Source of the DNA: Octopus sinensis
Taxonomy: Eukaryota
DNA: 64,000 nt
NCBI RefSeq assembly: GCF_006345805.1
Contig: NC_042997.1
Coordinates: 58,156,001-58,220,000 of the forward strand
Direction: 5' to 3'
Positions 53,069 to 64,000 of the stretch are shown here, piece by piece (position 1 is the stretch's first letter; each line of letters opens with the position of its first letter). The notes under the pieces were generated by a model, which saw nothing but the letters and a program-made list of their open reading frames with translations, was not told where the DNA came from and ran no database searches. Both the position numbers and the translations under genes were made by a program.

Positions 53069-53792
53069 TTAAAATTACCAAGGGTTAAATTACATAGCAT
53101 GTCATATATCATTCTCACTGCACTGTGTACATAGTTAAGACACTTCACTTTTATGATCTTGACTGTTTTATTAGTAAATAAGTATCACAGTGGGAATACA
53201 TCTTTGCAGTAAGCACAGGAATACTATAAAGTCGAGTTTATCATCCATTTCATGGACCAAATTTACCTTTTCCTGTAAGTATGGAATAGAATAATCTTAG
53301 TTATGTTGACTTATTTGAGATACAGTAAATGAAGATAAAGTCTTCACTGTTGCTCTGGCAACACAATGAATTATGGGATTCGGCACTATTTGCCAGCTTT
53401 TAAAATTGTAACATCCATTAATTACTTCAAGTAATGTTGATGTGTTACAACAAATAATATGGCTTGCAGGTAAGTTTGGCATATCTTTTATGTTATAGAT
53501 TAAAATATATAAATGCAACTATCACATTCATAATATGTTTGGAAAATATTGCTAGCAGTATTTTAAAATTTAGGAACTATATTCTTAGGGTGTCTTATTC
53601 ATTTCTCTCTTCCCCCACCTCTGATTGCATGCCATTATATATTTTAAATGTAAATAATTATCTAAGAAAAATATTTTTGGAATAAGTGAACCAAACATGC
53701 AGTTAACTAATGCTGTTAAATGGTAACAAGAGTGAGGAAAGGAATGTTGCAATATTCTCATCAATAAACAATCAAAGATTTTTTATCATTAA

Positions 53793-54013
53793 CCCTTTAG
53801 TGTTTGCATTATTCTGCCAAAATTAATCCTTTTTTATCGACATTGTTTTGAACTAATCATGCATTATCTTGTAGCTATAAGATTTTGATGATGAAGCTGT
53901 TAATTTTTAAAATGATATTGTAGGGTTGGTGTGAGAGACCATATCTGGCCAGTTTGAACATAAAACAGGCAGAATACTTTTGGCCGGATATGGCCGGTTT
54001 AAATGCTAAAGGG
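53793..54013. mobile_element. piggyBac-type MITE family A (well-preserved copy)
   Basis: TTAA|CCCTTTAG ... CTAAAGGG|TTAT; seven copies in the window. Confidence 0.85.
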
Positions 54014-55027
54014 TTATATCTTGAATATATAGTAGTTAACTAAGCTAATTGTTTAGTTTGGTGAACATGATTACAATGAGACAGAAAAGTTGGCAGATGA
54101 ATAAATGGACACTCTCCATGCCTACACATATCTACCATAGCCCCAGCCGCTAACCACTCCAATTTCTCTTATCACCACTTGCTACAGTCACTTCTTCCCT
54201 ACTTCTAAACATTTCCCCTCACATTCTTATGAAACACCACCTATCCCCTCTATACAACTTATGTTCACCCCCCACAGTACCTTGTATGTCCTGATACATT
54301 TCCATCACCATCTATTTCTCTCTCTTTCACTCTGTCTCTCTCAATTTTTCACTCTGAATCTCTCTTTCCTTTCTTTTCTTTTCCAACTGGGTTAGCCAAG
54401 TGCCTCCTCTATAGTAAGTATCTTTCTATTATACTTTAACTGCTCAACCAGCACAAAGCCACCACCTTCAGCATCACTTGCTCTTCCAGTTGGGGGGTCT
54501 ATTTTCTTGCAAGTTACAGGGCAACCCCACTGATGCTAGTGCCACACAAAAAGCACCAGTGGTGGTGTCACATAAAAATCACCCAGTACATTTTGTAAAA
54601 TAGTTGGTGTTAGGAAGAGCAATCGAGTATAGAAACCATACCAAAGTAAACAACAGAGTTTGGCACAGTTCTCTGACTTGCCAGCTCCTGTCAAACCATT
54701 CAAACCCATGCCAGCATGGAAAATGGACATTAATTGATGATGATGATGATGATGATGACATAATACAAACATAAACAAAACAAAAACAAAAAATAAAAGT
54801 CGAGCAACTGCTTAGACTAGGTCAAGGCAGTTGCTTGTCATCACATTGTTTTGACAAATGTGTTTGGAGAGAGGCTGGATTGAAAATGCTTGCAGGCTAC
54901 ACTGAATGAAAAAATGAAACCTTGATCATATATTGCTAAAAAAAAAAACAGCTTGTGTTTTTGATTTTTTATATTTTAATTTTTTTAAATGGTGTATGTT
55001 GTAATGAAAGAACCACTGCATATTCAG

Positions 55028-55234
55028 CCCTTTAGTAATCATATTATTCTGTCAAATGTAATGCTTATTTATTCACATTGCTTTGAATTTATATTGCATT
55101 ATCTCATTGCTTCAAGATTTTGATGTTTATTTTCAGAATGACATTGTAGGGTTGGTGTGAGAGGTTGGATCAGGCCAGTTTGAGCATAAAACAGACTATT
55201 CAGGCCAGATATGGCCAGTCTAAATGCTAACAGG
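55028..55234. mobile_element. piggyBac-type MITE family A copy
   Basis: CCCTTTAG start, family body, ends before TTAA. Confidence 0.75.
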
Positions 55235-55451
55235 TTAATGAGGTAAAACTTCATTTGTGACATGTATGACATGGCAAGTAGAAATGGCTTGAAGCATTTT
55301 TTTAGCTAAGCTAAATGGGAATGATTGTGGCTTTGAAGTAAACTTATGTAGTACTGGTCACATTTACACCAATATTTACTTGCATGCTTCCTTCATTGAA
55401 CAAGTAAACATTTTATGCCCATTCCTCCTTTTCTTAGAAACAACGTTTTAT

Positions 55452-55745
55452 GTGAAGCATGGCCTAGTGGCTAGGGCATTGTACTTATGATCGTGAGATC
55501 ATGGTTTCAGTTCCTAGAATGAGTGGTGTGCTGTGTTCTTAGCATAACACTTCATCTCACATTGCTCTGCGATCACTTCGACACTTGATGTGTGGCACAC
55601 TATGCACATCTTCAGGCAGCATTGATTTGATGGAGGGAGTTAGCTAATGTACAGCACATACATTTGATCATTATAAACAAATCATTTGTACAGTTTGGCA
55701 AAAAAGCTGAACATACATACATCATCTTTGATGGGAGAGACTGTC
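55452..55745 (+). mobile_element. tRNA-derived CORE-like SINE
   Basis: GCATGGCCTAGTGGCTAGGGC..GGTTTCAGTTCC..GTGTTCTTAGCATAACACTT. Confidence 0.7.
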
Positions 55746-56989
55746 ATTAGAACAACGGTATATGAGATGTTTTAGCCTGTGTCATTCCATTCATTTAGGA
55801 AAGTGAAAACTTTTACTGCATAAAATATCATACTTGGGGAAACTTTCATTTTTTACTAAGTGAAGGAATCTCAAGTTTTTTTCTTTCTTTCCTTTTTTTA
55901 TTTTGCTTCTTCCCAACCACATGGTTCTGGGTCACTCCCACATGTGGCACCTCAGGCAAGTGTCTTCTATTATAGCCCTGGGTCAACTAAAGCCCTGTGA
56001 GTGGTGTGAATGAATTTGGTTGACAGAAATTTTGTATGTGTGTAGGTGTATGTGTGTATGTGTGTGTCTTTGTGTTTGCCCCCTGTCACTGCTTGACAAT
56101 TGATGTTGGCTTATTTCATCCCTGTAACTTTTGCATTTTGGCAAAAGAGACCAAAATAAATAAGTACCAGGTTTAAATAATAAGTTCAGGTATTGATTTG
56201 TTTGATGGCTGCAGTCCAATAACTGAAACAAGTAAAAGGTAAACAACAAAAAAATGACTCTTCCCAGACACATGAGAATAAAACATTGCTTTATTTGAAG
56301 CCACTATGAAAATAAAACTTTTACCCTATTTTTCAATACTGAAATCTGTTGTTTGTTAACCATAGATAGATGAAGAATAGAAAGATTTTCTTTTTATGCT
56401 ATACCAACTATTTATGAAGTTAATGGTCTATTGTTTGCCAACTCCTGGTCTAGAAATTTTGATAGATAAGATAGATTGATAGACAAACAGACAAGTAGAC
56501 AATTAAACTAGAAATTGAAATAAATAGATGGATAAACCAACATAAACAGATGGATAAACAATAAAAAAAAAATGACAGATTGATAGGAACATATAGATAT
56601 ACAGATATGCAAACACACATACACATTATCATCATCATCAAAATCATCATTTAACATCCATGTTCTAGGCTGGCATGGGTTGGACAGTTTAATAGAATCT
56701 GGTGGGCTCAAGGACTGCATTGTGCTCCAGCTTTGGCATAGATGCTTTTCTTATTGCTTTTTATCAGCTTTGGATGGATGCTTGTCTTATTGCCAACCAC
56801 TTTACAATGTATAATGGATGCTTTTTCTCATACCACTGGCAGTAATGAGAACACCTTGCCGGTATGACAGAAGCTGGGGAGGGGGGAGCAGGCGTGTGAT
56901 AGAGTAAGAGACAAATAGTGCCAATACCAACCATTCATAGTGATAGACACAATGTGGTCCAAAACAGCATCCAAAGGTTAGCTGTTACC

Positions 56990-58130
56990 TGCTACGTTCG
57001 TATGTATATATAATAGAGAGAGGACATTCAATAGAGTTTGCTACAACATTGTCCCTATGATATCTTGAAATACTACATCCTTTGCAAGTGTCACAGTATC
57101 TTTCTGAATTTGATGTAGACTTTCTGCTCGAGGAAATTTGTAATGTTATATATACAGTATAGTCATATGCTTTTCTAAGCACTATTTGAAGTTGAAGGTT
57201 TCACTTCATCTCATGACTCAGCTATATTATCCACAGCATCCACTATGTTAAATTTCTTCCAGAAATCTCTAACTGTAGGTTTATCCTCCTTGTCAATTGT
57301 TTTCATAAATTGTTTGGAAGTTCTCATATAATTTGTTTTGAAGTTAGCTATCACACCTTGATCCATCAGCTGGAGCAATGAAGTTATAGTCATGGGGATA
57401 TATTCAACTCACACATTATCAGAAAAATCATCTAAGTTGGCTTGGTGTAGTGTCTAAAAGAAGCAATGCTTTTCTGGAAATATTGTGTCTGGCACTGTAC
57501 CTTTCTACAGCTGGACAGAAAATATATGTAAATCACTTTTTGAAAAAGCTTTTAGTTATTCACATCTTCTTATTTGAATGCCAAATCAAAGGTAGATTAA
57601 ATTTTGCATAACCCTTGAAAACCTTTGAATTTTTGGAGTGATGTGTGAGTAGGGGCTTTAATTTCATATTACTAGAGGCATTTCCTCCCAAAATAAGTGT
57701 CAGATGATTTTTGGAAGGTTTAAATCCTGGTGTTGATTTTCTTCTTGACAAGTGAAAGTTCTAGGAAGCATATGCTTCCAGAAAAGTGCAGTTTCATCAA
57801 TGCTATATACTGGCTCTGGTGTGTAGTCCCCTTCAGCAATCATTTTCTTCAACTGATCAGGATAATTAGTAGCAGCCTCTGTATCAGCACTCACAGTTTC
57901 ACCAATCATTTCTATGTTGTGTAAATTCATGTCCTTCTTAAACCTTTCAAACCAGCCTTTACTAGTCAAAAAAGGGATTTTCACTAGAAGTTTCACCTTC
58001 CTTTTTCTGCAAATTGTCATAAATTTTTGGCTCTGTTTTGAATTACCTTCATGTTTATTGACACATTATGCCACTTCTGATCCTTGATCCATACACTCAA
58101 AAGTAATTTTTTTTAAGCATCATGCTAGAT
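56990..58130 (-). mobile_element. Tigger/pogo (CENP-B/DDE_1) transposase relic
   Basis: SKGWFERFKK..GETVSAD..DETALFWKHMLPRTF; GFKPSKNHLTLILGGNAS..KLKPLL; TSLLQLMDQGVIANFK..FWKKFNIVDAVDNIAES. Frameshifted. Confidence 0.88.
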
Positions 58131-58398
58131 CTCTAGAAAAATGTTCAGACAGTAAATGAAATAGTTTCTTGATTACTTGACATAATTTTCTTTTTCTTTG
58201 TTTCCTTGGTGAGTTAGTTATGGGGTTTTTGATTGAACTTTTGATCGCTTATACTTTTAATTTATTTTCTTCCTAAAAATATGTTGTTAATAAAATCATC
58301 AACTAGAAATGTTTGATTGACGAAAGTGAAAAAGAACAAACAAAAGGAAAAAAAACTGAAAGGGAAAATTGTAAAAATATCTTCCTAATCTGTGTAAC

Positions 58399-59446
58399 CA
58401 GTGGTGACTCATAGATAAAATTAGTGGGTGGGTGCTGCTTCAGAAAAAATTTTTAGCCTTTGTTTTAATATTGTGTAAAAGGAAACAAACATATAAAAAG
58501 GAAATTTATACATAAACTTAATCGGTTTGCATTTTAGCCACTGCCAGTATGTTTAATTTGTTCACTGAACACTACTGCAAATTCCCTCTTGTTTGTCAAA
58601 AATCCCTCCTAAATCACAAAATAAGGGGAAAATCTGCCCTATTTTTCAAATCCTGGCAGCAACACTGTCTGAGATCCCCCTTTGGTCACAACACAGACCA
58701 TGGGGTTGCACCTAGAAAGTTACCCTCCCAGGCACAAGTCCGGGCAAGGTTGTTTATGGAAGACCAGCAGTTGCCCATGCATACCAGCTCCCCTCTCCAT
58801 GCCACCAGTGTTATCCAAGGGAAAGGCAAAGGCTGATACAGCTTGGCATCTTTGACATCGCAACTCATTTCTACAGCTGAGTGAACTGGAGCAATGTGAA
58901 ATAAAGTGTCTTGCTCAAGAACACAACATGCAGCTCAGTCCGGGATTCGAGCTCACAACCTCACGATCGTAAGCTTGATGCTCTAACCACTAAGCCATGT
59001 GCCTTCACTACAGCAACACTGTAGCAGAATAATAATCTAATTCTACACTTTATCACATTCAAGAATACACACGTTTTAAAGCATAACACACATGGAGTTA
59101 AAAAGAAACACTATCTTTCACTAGCACACCAGGGTCAGCACTGTGTGAACAACAGTGCTCTCTTTCCCTAGTGTGCAGCTTCCTATCTCAGACATGTGAG
59201 CATGCACACAACAGCCAAACACCATATCACTGGAACTGTGAAGCACACAGTTCTATAAAAGTATTTTTGTATTTTTTTCATAAACTAGGGGATAGCTACT
59301 GACATTAAGCTTAAGGATTATATAATATACAAGTGTAAAGAAAGAATTAATGCGAAAAGGACTCATTATATTGAATGTTATTGATAATATTGAGTGGAAA
59401 TAGGGGGTGATGCAGTTCCATAGTGCCTATACACAAGCCGCCACTG
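58399..59446. mobile_element. Non-autonomous hAT element with a nested SINE
   Basis: Termini CAGTGGTGACT / AGCCGCCACTG; perfect 8-bp TSD TGTGTAAC (58391-58398, 59447-59454). Confidence 0.82.
58669..59010 (-). mobile_element. CORE-like tRNA SINE with 12-bp TSD
   Basis: TSD cagcaacactgt (58657-58668, 59011-59022); head TGGCTTAGTGGTTAGAGC..GAGCTCGAATCCC..GTGTTCTTGAGCAAGACACTT. Confidence 0.88.
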
Positions 59447-60800
59447 TGTGTAACTAACGTAAAAGATACACTAAAAAATGTGGTCAGTCAATACTTAGAA
59501 AATGGCTAACCACATTCAGAAATTATAAAACTGCTTTATACATTGACAGACATTTTCTCTCTTTTGCCATATATTGTTCCCAGATTGTCTCAAGATTTAA
59601 TGTTTTGGCAATATAACTTAGATTTATCTCTGCATCAAGTCTTTTTAATACATCAAGTTTAATATGCAATGCAGACCCTTTACAGTTCTTTTTGCATTAT
59701 GACCTGCAGGTCTACTTGATAGCTTCTTTCCAGATATCTTAAATTGAAGACAAATCCTACAGTAGTGGTGATTAGTTATTCACAACAAACAAGTAGTAAA
59801 AAAATTTGGACCAGGAAAGATCTGATTTGTGAGATTAGAATATTGTCTTATTCCTATTGATGCAATAATGAAAACAAGAGAAAGGTGAATGACTGAGGAA
59901 AGAGAAAATATTATATGACTGCAGTTAGCTGAAAGTTCACCAGATTTACTTGTACTTCTAACTTAAGACAAGTACACACACACCTCTACTCACACAAACT
60001 TACACACACACACACATTTATATACAAACACTCATACACACATACATATGTGTGCATGTACACACACATACAGGCACTCATACACAGACACCTATACTCC
60101 TGCAGACATGTGTTGGTGTACATGCTGATATCTGTTGTAGCCAGTTGGATTCAGAAGTTGGTGGGTTGATAGTGAGGACGATGTGGGTTGCATTGGTTTA
60201 GATGTTAGTGATGGTGTTTTGGTATTGTAGGTGTTGTAGTGGTTATATGGTTCTTGTTAATTGTATTGTGGCTGTTTAGTCTCAAGTCAGTCCTCATAAA
60301 CCTGAGATCAAAGACATTTCATTCAGCTTTTAAAATACACTAGACTACTACATTATATGTTTTTACGTGAAATGAATTTTGCTTATCTACTTCATACTAA
60401 ATATTACCATTGCTATTAGTGGTTGTGAGTGTGTTGATGATAGAAACATGCATGTACACATACATACATACATACGCACACATATATGCACACACACACA
60501 TGTATGTATACTCATATTATGTACATTATATATACATGCACGAGTGTGCATGTATGTGTGTTGTAATGTGATGATAGTTTTTCAAATCTTCAACTATATA
60601 CTTGATCTCAACTAAAATACAAGTGACCATTGGTCGGAGATTAAAGTGTAGCTTTAAATTGTATGCAATACAGGTTTCTGTAAGAGTGAAATTACAGATC
60701 GTATCCTGAAATTAATAGTCATGCTTTACAATTTCTGTAAGCATGAAATCCCATAACCTGAGGTAGTCATAAAGCAAGGGATTGCTGATATATTAATATA

Positions 60801-61720
60801 CTAGCAGTAATACCTGTCGTTGATAGGGTAATTACTTTTACTGTTTCTCGGGAGCCACATTCAAAGTATTATTATATATGTAATTTACTCCTGTGTGTGT
60901 GTGTGTGTATTTTTATAAGAGAAAAATATGTAATAATTGAAGTAGAAAAAAGACGAATTTCATGCATGAACTTGTGTTTGCTTATTATATGACAATAATA
61001 AGTGAGTTGCATGTGTTATTTTATTTATTAATACAGTAATGACAAGTATATAATATTGTTATAAGAGAAAAAACATGTAATAATTGAAGTAGGAAAAAGA
61101 TCAATTTCATACATGAATTTCTGTTTGTTTATCACATTCAAGAATATACACATGTTTTTAAGCATAACACACATGGAGTTAACTGAGTTGTATGTGTTAT
61201 TTTATTTACCAATACAGTAATGGCAATTATATAATACACTTCATTTAAACAGGTAATTTACTCATTTGTAAATATTATGATAGTAATAGTAAATTAAGTT
61301 ATAGAAGTATTCATGTTGCATTAAGAGTGAATAATTATCCATAAATAATGTCTTTTGTTTTATTTTGGGGTGCATAAGCAGAAAGATTTGCTTTTGCTCC
61401 CACGTATGATGCTCCTACATAAAGTTGGCCATGTGAAAAACATGATTGTTCAAGTTGCAATCCAGCAACTTTTAGCGTTTGGCTCTGACTTTTATTAATA
61501 CTCATGGCGAAAGAAACATGAATAAGAAACTGTAGCTACTTAAATTGGAATGGGACATTAGATGGTGTAACTGGTAGGTGAGGAATGAAGATGGTCTTAC
61601 ATTTACCACAGCCAGTGAGAATATTTACCTCAATGCAGTTCTTCATGAGTTTGTGCACAATTAATCTTGTACCATTGCATAATTTTGGTTGAAACAAATT
61701 ATGTAATAGCATAATAAGAA
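60801..61720 (-). mobile_element. Helitron 3' portion (PIF1-like helicase C-terminus, 3' hairpin and CTAG)
   Basis: Minus strand CNGTRLIV..ILTGCGK..SFAMSINKSQSQTLKVAGL..CFSHGQLYV; ends ACCCTATCAACGACAGGTATTACTGCTAG|T. Confidence 0.85.
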
Positions 61721-61739
61721 ACCATTTTTTTCAACTGAA

Positions 61740-62500
61740 GACCATGAGAAAGTGTACCTGGTGGTTCATCAACACTGACTGACCATTGCTCCAAATTTCT
61801 CCCAAGACCCTCACAGAATAGCTGCTATGTTTCATTGTTGGCTGCAATCTTTTCACATCAAATTTTTGATCACAGAGTCTCCAGACTCACACTCGACCAC
61901 TGTCAGAAAATACAGTAAATCTGAACTCATTGCAGAATATGACAGTGCCCCAAAATGTTAGTCGCCTCTTCATCATCTCACAGGCCCAAACTTCTCCGCT
62001 TGATATTGGTTGGTCAAAGAAGAGGTTTTCTTCTTGCTGCTCTGCCATAGTAACCAAGCTTGTGGAGATACTTGACAGCTGTTCTAGAACTGACATCTAC
62101 TTGTTCTACTATGTCAGAGGCCTTGCAAGGAGGATTATCCTCTACACTTCTCTTAACAAAGAGAAGGGTCCTGTCAGAGAGCCCTGGTCATCCTGGGCAA
62201 GGTGATGTGGACTTCTTCACCTCTCTGGTGAATTGCATAGTCACTCTATTAACTGTAAAAAGTGGGATCCCAAGGTTTTCCACAATTTTACCCTGACTAT
62301 GTCCACCTTCAAACTGACCCACAATATGGCCTCTTTGAAATTCAGACAGTTTCAAGGTTTCTTTTGTACATGACATGACTAAACAGTCACATATAGAACA
62401 TGAAACAAACATAAAAATGTCAATTAATAAAAAATATAAACCATTACAAGCTAGAATAAACATATAACAATGTTTTATGGGGTGTCTATTTACTTTAGGC
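61740..62500 (-). mobile_element. Tc1-like transposon relic
   Basis: [14 protein letters not shown] region; GYYGRAARRKPLL; VIFCNEFRF (~VIFSDESRF); RLQPTMKH. Frameshifted. Confidence 0.8.
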
Positions 62501-62559
62501 ATGTCTATGTGTGTGTGTATATATATATATATATATGAAAACCTTTGATAAAATGTATC

Positions 62560-62915
62560 TATGGGTTAAAGTAGTAGAAAGGCCAGGGACCAACATAAAA
62601 TCTCTGATCTGTAGAACATATACATTTATAAGGCATACTGTGGGATGGTGCAGAAACAGGACAATAACATACATTGAGGAGACAGCATATAGCATAGATG
62701 AGAGGACAGGTGAACAATGGCAGGAGATCAAGGAGGAGAGAAGCTTTTCAGTGCTCAACATGCTCAATTAGAACATGGTGGCTCAGTCAATAATATAGAT
62801 GTTAAGATATTATCAACACATAGAACAGACACAACACTTAGACAGGTTATGGAGGCCACACATAAAGTAGTAGACAGACTGAACCTCAACAGAAAATTTG
62901 AATGGAATAATAACC
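62560..62915 (+). mobile_element. Penelope-like element GIY-YIG endonuclease relic
   Basis: TYIEETAYSIDERTGEQ (~YIGETxRxLxERxxEH), then after a frameshift HAQLEH..VKILSTH..RQVMEA..LNRKFEW. Confidence 0.65.
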
Positions 62916-63529
62916 TCTCCTCTTTCCACCGAGAAAAAAAAAGACACCAATACCAATAATATAATACATAAACCCATACACACATACAGATACTTAACAG
63001 AATGAGAAAGAAAAAGTAATCTATATATATATAAGTGAGGTTGTATGAGCAGGTGTGTAAACCTGCATAACTTCTAAAGTTCACAACTGACTTTCTCCAA
63101 ACTGGGAACATACATTACTTATGTTCCAGAGATGATTTTAGACCTTAAAATTTTTCACATGAGTAATGGGCTCTTTGGGAGCAGAAAATACCCATTCCTG
63201 GATTATGTGGATAAGGGAGGTAACTCTTTGTGAAGTAACTTTCAGAAATTGATTGTCTTCCTTACATCCAGCACAATTACTCTGCTGAACGTTTTTCATC
63301 TTTTTAAAATATTGATATTAGTTAATGTTTTTTATTGACAATTAATTATTAACATAACAGTATTATCTCAGTTCATTGTATGTATTTCTTAAAATTTGCT
63401 AAGATATTGATATTATTTACCTTTTTTTATTGTCATTTCATTATTAATGTACAATTGTCATCTCATTTTATTATATTGTATTTCTTGACATAATGTCTCC
63501 AAAAAGGAGATCCTCCATTGGTCGAAAAA

Positions 63530-64000
63530 TTATCACAATCTCAAATGGCTGTGTGAAAGAGCAATACTGGCTCCAAAAAACAGCACTGTAAGTAAAATTA
63601 ATGAGCAGCTGCTGCAGTACCTTCCTAGATGCCTTCACATCTATAAGTCAGTCAATACAATCCCAGATCCAGAAAGGGTGGTAAATTATCCAACAGAATT
63701 TCTCAATTTGTTGGAGCCTCCAGGACTACCTCCCCACAAATTGGAACTTAAAGTGGGAACTCCAGTAATGTTATTGAGGAATTTGGATCCACCAACACTC
63801 TGCAATGGGAAATGCCTGGTGGTAAAGATGATGCTACATGTTATTGAGGCCACCGTTCTCTCTGGATGTGGAAAAGAAGAGGATGTTTTCATACTCAAGA
63901 TTCCTCTTATTCCACTGGGAGCAGAAATTCCTTTTTCATTCAGAAGAGTGCAATTTTCTATTTATATCAGCTTTGTAATGTCTATCAATAAATCCCATGG
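63530..64000 (+). mobile_element. Helitron PIF1-like helicase fragment, running off the window
   Basis: WLCERAILAPKN..YPTEFLNLLEPPGLPPHKLELKVGTPVMLLRNLDPPTLCNG..IEATVLSGCGK..FRRVQF..SFVMSINKSH; at least one frameshift. Confidence 0.9.

Noticed and set aside
53267-53272. Potential 6-nt microexon (cttacag|GAAAAG|gtaaat) on minus
   Set aside because: Such motifs arise by chance; no homology or transcript support is available.
63530-64000. Host PIF1 helicase gene
   Set aside because: Intronless, frameshifted, carries Helitron-type motifs (YPTEFLN..PPHKLELKVG), and a related fragment nearby has a Helitron 3' end.

Overview
AT-rich, microsatellite-dense eukaryotic DNA. The SINE, MITE and LINE repertoire looks like an octopod cephalopod (Octopus-like); this is an inference, not a database result. 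The only host gene I can support is a MORN1-like MORN-repeat gene on the minus strand. Six internal exons (36147-36356, 35012-35102, 26832-26919, 20034-20244, 18022-18112, 6133-6212) splice in frame, one intron using a GC donor; the first and last exons were not found. The rest is intronic or intergenic and packed with degenerate mobile DNA: tRNA-derived SINEs, Dong/R4, CRE, Tx1/L1, RTE and CR1 LINE relics, mariner, Tc1, Tigger, hAT, piggyBac and Helitron relics, MITEs with intact TSDs, and a Penelope GIY-YIG relic. Nearly all ORFs in the supplied track are microsatellite or chance ORFs. The most interesting signal is a set of short non-coding Penelope-type elements carrying minimal type I hammerhead-ribozyme motifs. 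One has an apparently intact core with a compensatory U3-A8 pair (25951-25987). Another combines a tRNA/SINE-like head, a decayed hammerhead, a 24-bp inverted repeat and a 12-bp TSD (37088-37411).
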